A stretch of DNA of 64,000 nt from a bacterium (GCA_965233585.1 CBDDTI010000729.1:72080-136079), one strand, 5' to 3'. Positions 10,182 through 23,000 are shown, counted from the first letter of the stretch. Notes: generated by a model from the sequence alone, not told the origin. Numbers and translations: made by a program.

Positions 10182-13100
10182 TCAAGCGACCTTTTGTTTT
10201 TTGAGTATGGCACGATATTCAACAGGCATGACTCTGACAAACAATGATGAAAGCCTTTGCCAATGTTTGAGAAGATGCTGACCACGCTTGCTTTGTGTTT
10301 CTTGAACGTAGTCTTCAATCAACTCTTTAAGCCAGATGAGTTCTGCCTGTTCATCAATCGTTTCTAACTCTACCATGCTATGATTGCAGAGTGTTGCAAG
10401 CTGTTTTTCTTCATCAAACACATAAGCAATACCTCCGCTCATGCCTGCGGCAAAGTTCTTACCTGTTTTGCCAAGCACGACTACACGACCCCCTGTCATG
10501 TATTCGCAGCCATGGTCCCCAACGCCTTCTACCACGGCGTAAGCACCGCTGTTTCTCACTGCAAAACGTTCTCCTGCAATGCCACAGAAAAAGGCAGTGC
10601 CACTGGTTGCCCCGTAAAGCGTTGTGTTGCCAATGATGATGTTCTCATCTGCTTGAAAGGTTGCTTTGGGTGAAGGGTACACAATCACACGCCCCCCGCT
10701 TAAACCTTTACCTGTGTAATCATTGGCATCGCCTTCTAGCTCAAGGGTGATACCTTTGGCAAGGAATGCCCCAAAACTTTGCCCCGCAGAACCTGTGAAG
10801 TGAAAACGTATGAGGTGATGAGGCAGTCCTTTGTCTTCATACTTCAGAGCCACTTGACCACTCAACATCGTCCCAACAGAGCGATTGGTGTTGCAAATTT
10901 TCAAGGATTCTCTGACAGGTTTTTGATGTTCTAAGGCAGGTTTTGCCAGTTCAATCAGCTGGTGGTCTAGCTGTTTGTCCAATCCGTGATTTTGGGACAT
11001 GTTGCAATATGGGAAGTCGTTTTCTCCAACCTTGATTGGTGTCAGTAATTGAGAAAGGTCTATTTTCTTGGCTTTCCAGTGAGTGATGTTGTCCCGCTGT
11101 TTCAGTAAATCGGTGCGTCCAACAAGTTGGTCAAAACGCTTGATTCCTAATTTTGCCATAATCTCACGGACTTCTTCTGCAATAAAAAAGAAGTAATTGA
11201 CCACATATTCAGGTTTTCCTGTGAATTTTTTACGCAATTCAGCATCTTGCGTTGCCACACCCACAGGGCAAGTATTGAGATGACACTTACGCATCATAAT
11301 ACAACCCAATGTAATCAATGGAGCAGTGGCAAAGCCGATTTCTTCAGCACCTAGCAAAGCCGCAATGACAACCTCCCTTCCTGTCTTGACCTGACCATCT
11401 ACTTGCAAACGGACACGCCCCCGCAGTTCGTTGAGCAACAAGGTTTGATGAGCCTCTGCGATGCCAAGCTCCCAAGGTAGTCCTGCATGTTTGATAGAAG
11501 TTAGGGGAGACGCCCCTGTCCCCCCGTCATGTCCTGCAATGACAATCATATCTGCATGCGCTTTTGCCACGCCTGATGCAATCGTCCCGACTCCTGCCTC
11601 TGACACCAGTTTGACAGCAATCCTTGCCTTCGGATTGGCATTTTTGAGGTCAAAAATCAGTTGAGCCAAATCTTCAATAGAATAGATGTCATGGTGCGGG
11701 GGAGGAGAGATGAGAGTGACGCCCGGTGTAGAATGCCTGATTTTGCCAATGTATTCGCTCACTTTGTGTCCCGGTAATTGACCGCCTTCTCCGGGTTTTG
11801 CACCTTGTGCAATTTTAATCTGAAGCTCAACACAGTTGACAAGATAGTGAATGGTCACACCAAAACGTCCTGATGCAACTTGTTTGATGTTACTATTTGC
11901 CCAGTCTCCATTTGCAAAAGGTTTGAAGCGGATTTGGTCTTCGCCTCCTTCACCGCTGTTACTTTTTGCCCCAATGCGATTCATAGCGATTGCAAGAGCC
12001 TCGTGTGTTTCTTGGCTGATTGACCCCAAAGACATTGCACCTGTTGCAAACCGCCTGACAATCTCCTTAGCTGGTTCTACCTCCTCTATTTCAATCGCAT
12101 TTTGAGTATCTACAAAATCCAACGCTCCTCGCAATGTTGCAAACCGCGTGTTGTTGGCATTGACCATGCGTGAAAATTCACGGTAGGACTCCAAGCTGTT
12201 TTCACGACTTGCTTTTTGAAGAGAGATGACGCTGGCAGGTGTGTACTGATGAATCTCTCCGTGCCTCCTCCAAAAATAATCCCCTCCTACCAGCAAGGTT
12301 TGGTCGTTTTGAGTTTCTACAAATGCGTTTTGCACCCGCATTCTTGCTTCACGTTCTACGTCTTCCAAATCAAGTCCTTGAATCCTTGTGGGCGTGCCTG
12401 TGAAGTAACGGTCTACAAAATTTTGATTCAGTCCGACTGCCTCAAAAATCTGGGCGCCACGATAGCTTTGAATGGTAGAAATCCCCATTTTTGCAAACAC
12501 TTTGAACATTCCCTTTTTGATGCTTTTCAAGTAGTTTGCTTGCAAAGTCTCTTGGCTTAATTCACGGGAGACAAAGCGTTCTTCTTGCATTTGTTCAAAG
12601 GTTTCAAAGGCAAGATAAGGGTTGATTGCACCTGCCCCGTATCCGATAAGTAAACAAAAGTGTGCAATTTCTCTGGCTTCTCCTGTTTCTATAATCAATC
12701 CTGTGTGTCCCCGTCTTCCTGCACGGATTAAGGAGTGATGCACTGCTGAAGTGGCAAGCAGAACAGGAATGGGGATTTGTGTTGAGCAGACCCCGCGGTC
12801 GCTTAAAATGATGAGGTTTGACCCAGACTTTGTTGCCTCAATGGCATCTTGACAAATCTGGTCTAACACTGCCCGCATACTCTGGTCTTGGGGACACAAG
12901 ATTGAGAAAGTGGCAGGGTTAAAGTCTTTGAGACTTTGGATTTTTTGGAACTGTTCGTTTGTGATGATAGGGTGTTCTAGCCTAATCATCTGAGCATGTT
13001 CAGGACCAATCTTTAAAATGTTGTGTTCCCTGCCAATGCGGCTGACCAAAGACATGACTAGCTCCTCTCGGACAGAATCTACTGCAGGATTGCTCACTTG

Positions 13101-14642
13101 TGCAAAAAGCTGTTTGAAGTACTGGCTTAAAATATGGGGTTTGTCAGACAGCACAGCCAATGGTGCATCATTGCCCATAGACCCTGTTGCTTCAGCACCT
13201 TCTACAATCATCGGCTTCAAAATCATGTGTAAATCTTCTACTGAATATCCAAAAGCACGCTGACGTTCAATGATTGTTGAGTCTTCCTTTGGTAGTGTCT
13301 TTAGATTGGGTTGGGGCAGGTCTTCTAAACGTATGGTGTGTTTTTGAATCCATTGGGCGTAAGGGAATTGTTTGCAAATCTCTGTTTTGAGTTCAGGACC
13401 TGAGATGATACGTTTTTGTTCAGTATCCACAAAAAACATTCTGCCGGGTTCAAGTCTCCCTTTCAAGCTGATGTCTTCTTCTGCAATGTCAATCGCTCCT
13501 GCCTCTGACGCCATGACAATGACATCATTTTTGGTGACTACATAACGTGCAGGTCGTAGTCCGTTGCGGTCTAGCGTTGCCCCAATTCTAATGCCGTCAG
13601 TGATGGCGATTGCTGCGGGCCCGTCCCAGGGTTCAATAAAGTTTTCAAAAAACTCATAAAATGCCTTTCGTTCTGGGTTGTCATAATGTGAGTGGTCCCA
13701 TGCTTCTGGCACCATCATCATAATCGCTTGTGCGATGGAATAGCCTGATAAAATCAAAAATTCTAAAACATTATCAAAGCATGATGAATCACTTCCTGCA
13801 TCGGAGATGATGGGGAAAATATCTTCAATCTTGTCGTAAAGGTTTGACTGAATCAATGCCTCTCTGGCTCTTGTCCAGTTGACATTCCCCCGCAGTGTGT
13901 TGATTTCTCCATTATGAGCGAGATAGCGAAAAGGCTGTGCAATCTCCCAACGAGGCAAAGTATTTGTGGGGAAACGTGTATGAGCCATCGCCAAAGCACT
14001 TTGATATGAAGGGTCTGCAAGGTCAAGATAGAATTGGTGCATTTGGTCTGGGGTCAGCATGCCTTTGTAAGTGATTTTGCGGCACGAGATTCCAGTGATG
14101 GCACAATTTTCTACACCAAGCGTTTTTTCAATCTGCCTTCGCAAGACATAAAGTTGACGCTCAAAGTCTTCTTCTTGAGTGCTTGCCTCCTTTCCAATAA
14201 AAAAGTGCACAATCTCTGGTCTGGCAGAATCTGCTTGCTTACCAACGTAAGTTGGGTCAACTGGCACGTCCCGCCAGCCTAAAAACTTGAGGTTGTATTG
14301 TTTTGTTAGAGAGCAAACGGTGTCTTGGCAAACCTCTTTATTTTGATAGACAAACGCCGTGCCGATGCCATAGTGTCTAGCATCAGGTAGGTTGATTGAA
14401 AGGAGTTGGCACTGTGCTTTAAAAAAATGGTGGTCAATCTGCAGTAAAATTCCTGCACCATCGCCTGTTTCTGGGTCTGCTCCGTACGCCCCACGATGTT
14501 CCAGACGGCACAACATTTTTAAACCTTGCTCAACAATTTTGCGGGAAGGACGCCCCTGAATATCTACAATGAAACCAACACCACAGTTGTCATGCTCAAA
14601 CTGTGGGTCATATAAACCTTGCTTAGAATGCCCGAACTTCAT
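10182..14642 (-). CDS. gltB: Glutamate synthase large subunit
   Basis: [46 protein letters not shown] domain. Confidence 0.97.
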   Translation of the reverse strand: MKFGHSKQGLYDPQFEHDNCGVGFIVDIQGRPSRKIVEQGLKMLCRLEHRGAYGADPETGDGAGILLQIDHHFFKAQCQLLSINLPDARHYGIGTAFVYQNKEVCQDTVCSLTKQYNLKFLGWRDVPVDPTYVGKQADSARPEIVHFFIGKEASTQEEDFERQLYVLRRQIEKTLGVENCAITGISCRKITYKGMLTPDQMHQFYLDLADPSYQSALAMAHTRFPTNTLPRWEIAQPFRYLAHNGEINTLRGNVNWTRAREALIQSNLYDKIEDIFPIISDAGSDSSCFDNVLEFLILSGYSIAQAIMMMVPEAWDHSHYDNPERKAFYEFFENFIEPWDGPAAIAITDGIRIGATLDRNGLRPARYVVTKNDVIVMASEAGAIDIAEEDISLKGRLEPGRMFFVDTEQKRIISGPELKTEICKQFPYAQWIQKHTIRLEDLPQPNLKTLPKEDSTIIERQRAFGYSVEDLHMILKPMIVEGAEATGSMGNDAPLAVLSDKPHILSQYFKQLFAQVSNPAVDSVREELVMSLVSRIGREHNILKIGPEHAQMIRLEHPIITNEQFQKIQSLKDFNPATFSILCPQDQSMRAVLDQICQDAIEATKSGSNLIILSDRGVCSTQIPIPVLLATSAVHHSLIRAGRRGHTGLIIETGEAREIAHFCLLIGYGAGAINPYLAFETFEQMQEERFVSRELSQETLQANYLKSIKKGMFKVFAKMGISTIQSYRGAQIFEAVGLNQNFVDRYFTGTPTRIQGLDLEDVEREARMRVQNAFVETQNDQTLLVGGDYFWRRHGEIHQYTPASVISLQKASRENSLESYREFSRMVNANNTRFATLRGALDFVDTQNAIEIEEVEPAKEIVRRFATGAMSLGSISQETHEALAIAMNRIGAKSNSGEGGEDQIRFKPFANGDWANSNIKQVASGRFGVTIHYLVNCVELQIKIAQGAKPGEGGQLPGHKVSEYIGKIRHSTPGVTLISPPPHHDIYSIEDLAQLIFDLKNANPKARIAVKLVSEAGVGTIASGVAKAHADMIVIAGHDGGTGASPLTSIKHAGLPWELGIAEAHQTLLLNELRGRVRLQVDGQVKTGREVVIAALLGAEEIGFATAPLITLGCIMMRKCHLNTCPVGVATQDAELRKKFTGKPEYVVNYFFFIAEEVREIMAKLGIKRFDQLVGRTDLLKQRDNITHWKAKKIDLSQLLTPIKVGENDFPYCNMSQNHGLDKQLDHQLIELAKPALEHQKPVRESLKICNTNRSVGTMLSGQVALKYEDKGLPHHLIRFHFTGSAGQSFGAFLAKGITLELEGDANDYTGKGLSGGRVIVYPSPKATFQADENIIIGNTTLYGATSGTAFFCGIAGERFAVRNSGAYAVVEGVGDHGCEYMTGGRVVVLGKTGKNFAAGMSGGIAYVFDEEKQLATLCNHSMVELETIDEQAELIWLKELIEDYVQETQSKRGQHLLKHWQRLSSLFVRVMPVEYRAILKKQKVA

Positions 14643-14819
14643 AAATCATCAATCATTTGGAGTGCTTTGAAAAGCAACATTAGAGAAAAAAGACTTCAAC
14701 TGTTTTTGGATAAACCTTGAAAGTGTAGCCTGTTCATCAGAAAAAATCAAACTTTAGGGGAAGCGGGTCATTTGAAAGGTTCAGGTGAAATGATGAAACT
14801 TTGTCAAAACTTCATCATT

Positions 14820-16712
14820 TCAAAAGAACATGCCGTAGCCTAATTTGAAGAGATGGTCGCGTTGTGTGTCTTGGTAAGTGAGGCGGAACTCATGGTCTAA
14901 TTGGTAGGCATAGCTGAGTTGCAAAGTGCCTTCCAGAGGCAAGGTAGGAATGTCTGCAAATTGATATTTTCGTTGAGCCAAAAGCATCTGCCAAGTCCAC
15001 TGCTTGTGACTGCCAAGCCATTGGAGTTCTGCTTTTGTTGCTAATGTTGTGTGTTCTTTTTGAAAATCTTCAGAATGTTGCAAGACGGCTGCCAACAGAG
15101 GTGAAAGCAAAGAGTTTTTTGCTAGGGCAATGGTATATCCTAAACCCCCTTGAAAATAAGCATATCCGCATTTTTCGCACTGAACATTGGGTCTAAAATT
15201 CCGCTCCCAGCCTGTTTGAACCTTCCAAGAAAATCCTGACACAAAGTCATCACGGGGAATGAATGACATCAATTCAAGAAAAAGGAAGCGGTCTAGCAAA
15301 ATTTGTGTGTCGTCAATTCTAATGTCTGTCTCTAAGGCTTTGATGGAGGCGCCAAAATCATAGCCTTGAGGGAAGTCTGCAAGCCCATGATAAGAAGCCC
15401 GATATTGCAGATTTAAAAAGTTTTTTTGACTGAAAAGGTCTCTTCCTAAACTTGTTGTGAATTTAGATGTTTCATGTCCTTGTTCATAAGAAAAATCAGG
15501 TTGTTGGACGGAATTTTGTGATTGATAAGGGATTTGAGAGCGTTTTCTGAGCAGTTGACGCCAGCGGTTTTTTTGTTGCTTCTTGTCCTCTCTCAATAAA
15601 ATCTTGTCAGACAAGGTTTCTAAGATAGTGGCTTGCACACGGGGGTCTTGCTGATTCCATTCTGAGCTATCTACCAATGTTTCATCATCATAGACTCTTC
15701 TTGCAAATTCTTTTTCAGCAGAAGAGAGGGATTGAAACTTTGCTTGTGCTTGATGCAGTCGTGAGGGTCGGTAGTTTTTTTGTTTGAGAATGCCGGGAAT
15801 TTTTAAAACTTCTCTGACTGTATCCACAGGAGCCGCCCACAAGTTAAAACGTTCTCTCAACTGGTATTCTGGCTTTGCCGCTTCAAGCAACGAAAGCAGT
15901 TGATAAGAGCAGTTTTCTAAGAAAAAGAAATAACGGAATCTGACAAATCGCAACTCCCAAAAATGTTTCATCAGCCTCTCAATTTCTTCTGGTGTCAAAT
16001 TAAGCTCATATTCCCAAATGTCCCGTCCTTCTATATCGTTATATTCTTGGATTTTGATGTAGTAAGGAGTGTTTTGCATGACTCCTGTGTAGCCTCCAAA
16101 AATTCCCCAAAGTGCGTATTTGATGGGATTTTCTGCCTCTGGATTGACAACTGCACCATAAGTGACGTTGTAATTCAAGGGGGCAAAGTCTTCCCTTCCT
16201 TTGGTGTTTAAAACAAGTGAAGTATGTCCAAAGATGGTGGCAGGTGCGGTGAGGCGTGAGCCGGGAAAAATGAGATTGATAGATTCAGGATTGAGTCGTT
16301 TAATCCAACCTTCGTAACGTGGGCAAGGGATTTCTGGCAGTAAATTAGGATTGAATTGTAATTGTGTTTTGAGCCAGCTGTAACGTGCAACGAACTGGCA
16401 TTGTTTATGGAGTGTCTGGTCATTGTCTGGAGGGGGATTAAAAAAAGCCTGTAACGTGGCTTCCAATTCGCTTTGGGGGTCAAACATGCCCTCTTTAGAA
16501 TTAAAAAAATTGGGGTCTTCAATTTCTGACCTTGCCCCAAAAACGCCGCTGCGATAATGCAATAACAACAACCAGTAACGACTTTCCGAAATTTGCTTCT
16601 GATTGGCTTGTCTAATGAGAAGTTGAAGGTATTGGTCTTGGGAGGGTGTCAGTGCCTTGACAAAAGAAGGCACTAGGAAGAGAAGAATGAAAAAGAGGGG
16701 TTTCAAAGACAA
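14820..16712 (-). CDS. DUF4105 (Lnb N-terminal-like) outer-membrane protein
   Basis: WLLLLHY, CQFVARY, FGHT, RDIWEY, YFFFLENCSY, C-terminal Phe; adjacent to DUF3015 genes. Confidence 0.85.
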   Translation of the reverse strand: MSLKPLFFILLFLVPSFVKALTPSQDQYLQLLIRQANQKQISESRYWLLLLHYRSGVFGARSEIEDPNFFNSKEGMFDPQSELEATLQAFFNPPPDNDQTLHKQCQFVARYSWLKTQLQFNPNLLPEIPCPRYEGWIKRLNPESINLIFPGSRLTAPATIFGHTSLVLNTKGREDFAPLNYNVTYGAVVNPEAENPIKYALWGIFGGYTGVMQNTPYYIKIQEYNDIEGRDIWEYELNLTPEEIERLMKHFWELRFVRFRYFFFLENCSYQLLSLLEAAKPEYQLRERFNLWAAPVDTVREVLKIPGILKQKNYRPSRLHQAQAKFQSLSSAEKEFARRVYDDETLVDSSEWNQQDPRVQATILETLSDKILLREDKKQQKNRWRQLLRKRSQIPYQSQNSVQQPDFSYEQGHETSKFTTSLGRDLFSQKNFLNLQYRASYHGLADFPQGYDFGASIKALETDIRIDDTQILLDRFLFLELMSFIPRDDFVSGFSWKVQTGWERNFRPNVQCEKCGYAYFQGGLGYTIALAKNSLLSPLLAAVLQHSEDFQKEHTTLATKAELQWLGSHKQWTWQMLLAQRKYQFADIPTLPLEGTLQLSYAYQLDHEFRLTYQDTQRDHLFKLGYGMFF

Positions 16713-17182
16713 ACGCCTTGAAGTTTTGGATCCTTCTCAATGAGTTGTTGGGTGTTTTGCAAGACTTGTTGAGGCGTTGCTGTATCTGTAAAGATGTCGT
16801 CATATTGCTGTTGAGAAACTTGATTAAAAGTGTCTGCTTGGCAGTTTAACAACTTGCTGTAAGAGCTTAAAAACAACCCTTGTCCTTGACTCATCTCTTC
16901 TGAAATTTTGTCAAAATTAGCTTTGACAAAAACCTCTGCTTCATATTCTGCCTTCACCACATCATCGGGATTACATCCAGAAGTGCCACTTGTAATTGCA
17001 AAAGTCTGCGACCCTGACGAGTAATTTGTTACCATGACTGATAAATTGGCTCCGAATCCTTTTTGTCCTTTAAAAAGGAGATAACCCGGACCACAACCAG
17101 AAGTTGCACCTGCAAAGCTCAAAGTTGTTGAGAACCAGAAAACAGCAGTGACGATGCCAGCGATTTTAGTCAATTTCATCAT
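16703..17182 (-). CDS. DUF3015 family secreted protein
   Basis: GCGPG, TFAITSGTSGC, MSQGQG. Confidence 0.85.
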   Translation of the reverse strand: MMKLTKIAGIVTAVFWFSTTLSFAGATSGCGPGYLLFKGQKGFGANLSVMVTNYSSGSQTFAITSGTSGCNPDDVVKAEYEAEVFVKANFDKISEEMSQGQGLFLSSYSKLLNCQADTFNQVSQQQYDDIFTDTATPQQVLQNTQQLIEKDPKLQGVCL

Positions 17183-17243
17183 AATGAACCTTTAAAGTTG
17201 AAAATTAAAAAAGCACCCAAGTTGGGCATGATTCAAGAAGCTA

Positions 17244-17723
17244 TTACAAGCAAGCAACTTGAAGTTTTGGATTTTCTTGAATGAGTTGTTGTGTATTCTG
17301 TAAAACTTTTTGAGGCGTTGCCATGTCTGTAAAGATGTCGTCATATTGCTGTTGAGAAACTTGATTAAAAGTGTCTGCTTGGCAATTTAACAATTTGCTG
17401 TAAGAGCTTAGAAACAAACCTTGCCCTTGACTCATCTCTTCTGAAATTTTGTCAAAATTGGCTTTGACAAAGATTTCTGTTTCATATTCTGTTTGCACCA
17501 CATCATCAGGATTACAGCCAGAAGTGCCACTTATGAGTGCAAACACGTCTGATGAGTATGTGCCATTTGTTGTGACGGCTGATATGTTTGGGACAAGACC
17601 TTTCTGTCCTTCAAAAATTTGAGAACCCGGACCGCAACCAGAAGTCTTGCCTGCAAAACTCAAAGTTGTTGAGAACCAAAAAACGGCAGTCACGATGCCA
17701 GCGATTTTAGTCAATTTGAACAT
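17244..17723 (-). CDS. DUF3015 family secreted protein (tandem paralog)
   Basis: Same motifs as 16703-17182 and near-identical to it outside a central segment. Confidence 0.85.
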   Translation of the reverse strand: MFKLTKIAGIVTAVFWFSTTLSFAGKTSGCGPGSQIFEGQKGLVPNISAVTTNGTYSSDVFALISGTSGCNPDDVVQTEYETEIFVKANFDKISEEMSQGQGLFLSSYSKLLNCQADTFNQVSQQQYDDIFTDMATPQKVLQNTQQLIQENPKLQVACL

Positions 17724-17905
17724 AATGAACTCCAAAAAAACGTCAAAAAAAACAGATATTATAGCAATTAAAAAAAAGCAGTCAAGCCCCTAAATCAAAA
17801 AAAATTTAAAAAATGAATATTTTAGCAATTTGAAAAGCAGCCAAAACCTCAAAACTTAAAAAGCAAGCATTGTAGCAACTTCAAAAAAACAGTCAAGACT
17901 TTCAA

Positions 17906-18805
17906 TCAAACAACTGGTTTATTTTTAAGGGCATGTTGAATGACAGACTGGACATGCTCTAATTCTTCACCAGCTAAATCAAGTCTTGGAGGTCTCACAG
18001 TGGTACTTGCCCCCCTTGCCAGATGTTCTGCCAGTTTGATATTTTGCACAAGCTTGGTAGAAACATCTAGGTCTAGCAAAGGTTTAAACCAACGATAAAT
18101 TTCAAGAGCTTCGTCATATTTTTTTTGTTGGAGCAAGTCCCAAAGTTTGACGTTTTCTTTGGGGAAGGCACAAACTAGCCCTGCAATCCAGCCCACTGCT
18201 CCCATCACGATTGCCTCCATGCCCAGATTGTCAACACCTGTAAAAACACGGTAGCGGTCTCCTGTCAACCTGATGATGTCTGTGACACGTCTCACATCGT
18301 CAGAAGATTCTTTGATGGCAACAAACTTTGGTTCATCAGCTAATCTGGCAAACATTTCAGGCGAGACGTCCATTCCATAGGCAACAGGATTGTTATAAAT
18401 CATAATTGGTAAACTGGAAGCCTTCGCAACTGCCCGTAAATGAGCCTCTACTTCTCTGCTGTCTCCAACGTATCGCATACCGGGCAATACCATTAAGCCA
18501 TCTGCTCCTAAGGTTTCAGCTTCTTTTGCCACGTGGCAAGCCTCTTGGGTTGTGCATTCTGCAACGGTGACGATTGCAGGGATTCTTTTGTTCACTGCTT
18601 GAATCATAGTTTTGGCAACGGTATGCTTTTCTTGGGCAGTCAGTGAGCCATTTTCACCCAACGACCCGCATGCCACCAGTCCATGCACACCTGATTCAAT
18701 GTGATATTCCACATCATTTCTGATGGCATCATCATCCACAGAAAAATCGTTGTGAAACCTTGTTGTGATGGCAGGAAAAATCCCCTTCCAGTCTTCTTTT
18801 TGCAT
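17906..18805 (-). CDS. DapA-family enzyme, probably 1-pyrroline-4-hydroxy-2-carboxylate deaminase
   Basis: GSLGE instead of GTTGE, YNNP, KESS; adjacent to a proline-racemase-family gene. Confidence 0.8.
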   Translation of the reverse strand: MQKEDWKGIFPAITTRFHNDFSVDDDAIRNDVEYHIESGVHGLVACGSLGENGSLTAQEKHTVAKTMIQAVNKRIPAIVTVAECTTQEACHVAKEAETLGADGLMVLPGMRYVGDSREVEAHLRAVAKASSLPIMIYNNPVAYGMDVSPEMFARLADEPKFVAIKESSDDVRRVTDIIRLTGDRYRVFTGVDNLGMEAIVMGAVGWIAGLVCAFPKENVKLWDLLQQKKYDEALEIYRWFKPLLDLDVSTKLVQNIKLAEHLARGASTTVRPPRLDLAGEELEHVQSVIQHALKNKPVV

Positions 18806-18992
18806 AGTATTCCTTTTGTTTTGATGTTGTCTTAAAACAAGTTTGAGTGCAGTCTAGCCTTCCATGTTCTTATGGAAAAACAAAGACTCTGTGTTCATTG
18901 TATTGAGGTTTAATTTTCTCCATTCAAGCAACGTTTTAGTTGTCCTCAGCTTGAACAGCCCCCTCATTATATTGAAGATGAGAGAGACGTGT

Positions 18993-20018
18993 TTATTTGG
19001 AGATTTCAGAAAAGTATTGGGGAACAGCCCAGCCTTGAGCAAAAGTGTCATCAGGACAAACCTCCCAATCGGTTGTCCCCAGATAAGATGATTTACCTTC
19101 AACTTGCACCTCTACAATAGGGAATCCTTCTTTTGTGGTTTCCTGTTCTTTTGGTTTGGCTGTGGCAAAAAAGGATTCTCCTGAAATTCCACGAAATTGG
19201 TAACGTTGATTGGCAGAAATTTTTTTAGAGACAAGATCTAAAGCCATTCTTGCAGAAACCCCACTTCCTGTTGGACTGCGGTCTATTTGACCGTCTCCAA
19301 AGATGGTTAAATGGCGACGGACGCCATCTGCGTCTTTATCATCAATCAAGATCACTCCATAGAGGAAAGCAAGCTCTGGTTTTGGATGTTCAATTTTGAG
19401 ACATTTTTGAAGCCTCTGAAGCAAGAGTCTTCCCATTTTGGACAGGTCTTCAATAGAGGCTCTGTAAAAAGGAAGTCCAAGCCTTGAGGAAGAAACGATG
19501 GCATAAAAAACTCCGCCATAGGCAAGGCTGTATGTGATGGGACCAAAACCTGGGACTGTACTGCGTTCGTACACGGACACCGCATGGGCAGAAGGCATTG
19601 TGTAAGAGGAGGAGGTTACCTTGCCATCTTGTACCGTACTGACCACTTCTACGACATCGCAAGGACATTCCAGATAAAATCTAACCTCTGGGGAGTCTGC
19701 AGGAAGTTTCCCTGATTCAATCAAATACTGAGCAATGGCAATCGTTCCGTGACCACACATGGTGCTATAACCGGATTGGTGCATAAAAATCACACCTGCC
19801 GAAGCGTGAGGCACAGTGGGTTCTGTCAAAACAGCACCGTACATGGCGGCATGTCCACGTGGTTCCAGCATTAAAGCCTGACGAATATGGTCAAAATGAG
19901 AGCGAAAGTAGTTTCTTTTTTCTAAGAGACATTGTCCTTCAATGGCAGGGACACCTTCTGTGATAATTCTTAAAGGTTCACCTGCAGTATGAAAATCAAT
20001 CGTTTTATATCTTGTCAT
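18993..20018 (-). CDS. Proline racemase family, probable trans-3-hydroxy-L-proline dehydratase
   Basis: HTAGEP, EPRGH, MCGH and DRSPTGSG (Cys/Thr catalytic pair). Confidence 0.85.
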   Translation of the reverse strand: MTRYKTIDFHTAGEPLRIITEGVPAIEGQCLLEKRNYFRSHFDHIRQALMLEPRGHAAMYGAVLTEPTVPHASAGVIFMHQSGYSTMCGHGTIAIAQYLIESGKLPADSPEVRFYLECPCDVVEVVSTVQDGKVTSSSYTMPSAHAVSVYERSTVPGFGPITYSLAYGGVFYAIVSSSRLGLPFYRASIEDLSKMGRLLLQRLQKCLKIEHPKPELAFLYGVILIDDKDADGVRRHLTIFGDGQIDRSPTGSGVSARMALDLVSKKISANQRYQFRGISGESFFATAKPKEQETTKEGFPIVEVQVEGKSSYLGTTDWEVCPDDTFAQGWAVPQYFSEISK

Positions 20019-20071
20019 TTGTTTACCTCACTTGTTTCTTAAATTCTTTTGCATAACAAATTCAATGGTTC

Positions 20072-23000
20072 TCATAGTAAATTCAGTTGATTGATACAGA
20101 CCGAAAATGCTGTCAAGTTTCCAATGGCATTACTTTGGATTTGTTCTATTGCAGAAAAGTAAGCATGAAGGGGAGTTCCAAAGTCTTCAAGAGCTTTGGC
20201 TCTCACGACTTCAGCATCAACATTGTCTAATCCTTTAGGCTTCCATTCTTTGATAAAATATTGGGTGAGGTCGCTTTTACGTAGATGAAGATTTTGCAAC
20301 AAAATTTCTTGCTGTGCAATCTCCCAATCACTGCGGAGCTTCATGCTGGTCAGTTGCGTTTCAATCCATTGCAGTTTGAAGGTATGGTCAATGAGATACG
20401 AGGCTTGAAGGGCTAAGTCAAAAGAAATCTCTTGTTCAAAATGCAGATAGAGAGCATCAGGCAGTGTTGTAATGGATTCAAAAATCGCAATGGTTTGCGC
20501 TGTCTGCTCATCAAAGCCGAGGTCTTGCCAACCTTTGATAATGCTGTCCTCAATGTTTTTCAAAAGTTCAGTCTTCGCTTGCTTCCAAAACTTCAAATAG
20601 TTAGAAACCTCTTGAAACTGGAATTGTTGTTGATGTTGAAGAAACGAAATGGTGGCTTGCCTTAAAAAATTTTCAGAGTGAATCAATGCACGATATTTGT
20701 CAAGCACAAAAGTTTCAGATTGCAGGATAGTATAGCGGTATTGAGTCATGTCAAAAGAGGCATCAAGGAACAAATAAATTGAGGCAATTTGTTCAGCAGA
20801 GGCTTGCGTGACGCTTTGCACGTAGTAAAAGAAAGTCATACCTGCTTGATTGACAATTTGGTTGACAACGATTGCACAAGTGATCTCCCTTCTCAAAGGG
20901 TGAAAGGGCAGAGAGTCTGCAAATTTGTTAAGCAAGGTTTGGGGAAAGTAATTTTGATAAAACGTCTTGAGAAAGTCATGGTCAAGGATTTTGGAATGTT
21001 CTAATTCGTTGCAAATGTTCATTTTGACGTAGGCTTGTAAGATAGCTAGCACAGGTCTCGGAATAGATTCTTGACGTTCTTCCATACGTTCCAGTTCTCC
21101 GCGTGTTGGGATTTTTTCACTTTCTGCATCTAAATTTTGTTTTGCTACCAAATAACGGGTCAGATTTTTAAAGTTCCGAAATTCTGTTTTGGTGCGATGT
21201 TCGTCCATAGAAAGCAAGCGATGCTGTGCGCGATTGTTGGCTAAGACTAAATTTGAGACCTCATCTGTTGCTTCACGCAAAGTGGCATTGCGGTCTTCAA
21301 GAGATTCTAACTTGCCTTGCTGTAATAATTGCTGCAACAAAACCTTGATGTTGACTTCATAATCAGACATGTTCACACCTGCAGAATTGTCAATGGCATC
21401 AGTATTTCCACGCCCTCCTTGTTTGGCAAATTGAATACGTGCAGGTTGAGTCATACCAAGATTTGCACCTTCTCCAATCACTTTGACTTGGCATTGACTG
21501 ACATCAATCCGAGTCAAATTATTAGCATGGTCTCCCACGTCTGCATGAGTTTGGTCATCAGATTTGATGTAAGTGCCAACACCTCCAAACCAGAGTAAAT
21601 CTGCTGGCATTTTTAGAATCGCACAAATCAACTCCTCACCTGTCATCGTTTTCACTTGGACGCCAAGCATTTTTTGGACTTCAGGAGACAACGTCACTTC
21701 CTTCGCATTGCGTTCAAAGATACCTCCCCCTTGACTAATCAGTTGAGTTTGGTAATCGTTCCAACCAGAACGAGGCTTGTGAAAGAGTCGCTGACGTTCC
21801 TGCCATGATTCTTGAGCATTGGGAGTGGGGTCAAGAAAAATATGTTTATGATTAAATGCGGCAACCAACAAAATCTGCTGACTTAGAAGCATTCCGTTGC
21901 CAAAAACATCGCCAGACATGTCGCCTACACCAATGACAGTAGAAGGTTCGTTTTGAATATCTCTGCCCATTTCTGCAAAATGTAATTTGACACATTCCCA
22001 CGCTCCGCGTGCGGTAATGCCTTCTTTTTTATGGTCATATCCAACAGAGCCACCAGAGGCAAAGGCATCTCCTAGCCAAAACTCATAATGTTCTGCTTCT
22101 GCATTGCCAAAATCAGAAAAAGTAGCCGTGCCTTTGTCAGCGGCAACGACAAGATAGGGGTCATAGTCATCGTAGCAAATCACATGGTTTGGGTGTTTGG
22201 GCAGTCGGTTAAAATCCAAATTATCTGTAATATCCAGAAGAGACCGAATGAAACGTTGATACTGTCGTTGTCCTTCTTGCGGAAGTTCGGCTGCACTCAC
22301 CTTTTTTTTCACAATAAATCCACCTTTTGAACCATTGGGAATGATGACGACGTTTTTAGTTTGTTGAGTTTGGACAAGATTCAAGACTTCAGAACGGAAG
22401 TCATTATGTCGGTCAGACCATCGCAAGCCTCCTCTTGCTACTGCACCAAAACGCAAATGAACGCCTTCTACTGTGGAATCATAGACATAGATTTCACGAT
22501 AAGGCACAGGAGAAGGAATGTTTTCAAGAGAACGGAGGCACAATTTGACCGAAAGAAAGGTCTCGTTAGCATCAGTTTTGGGAATATAAAAATTGGTTCG
22601 CAACGTGGCTGAAATGAGTTCAAACAGTCGTCTAAAAATGGCGTCTGTGACTACTTCCTTCACATTGCGCAGGCTGTCTATAAATTCTTTTTCTAATTCA
22701 GGCAAAAGCGAGCTTTGACGATAATCCTTCGTGCCAAAAGAAGTTTCGCAAGAAAACTTGGTCTCAAAATATTGAAAGATTTTTAAAGTGTGTTGAGGAT
22801 ATGCCAACAAGGCAGTGTTGATTTGGTCAATGCTATAAGGTTGTTTCAGTTGGAAGTATAAATTGCGATACATCACCACCACACGGATTGCCTCCCATGA
22901 CATTTCTGCCAACAAACAAAGAGCATTGAGTGGGTCATTTTCAACACGACCGAGCAAAGCGGCTTTGAGTAAATCAGTAAACAAAACCTTGTAGCGATTC

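Noticed and set aside
8658..14494. Many short antisense or alternate-frame ORFs inside gltBD and other long genes
   Set aside because: Fully nested in well-supported genes and without recognisable motifs.
18854..19102. 82-aa ORF between the racemase-family and DapA-like genes
   Set aside because: Overlaps the upstream gene, has no motif, and the region looks like intergenic or promoter sequence.
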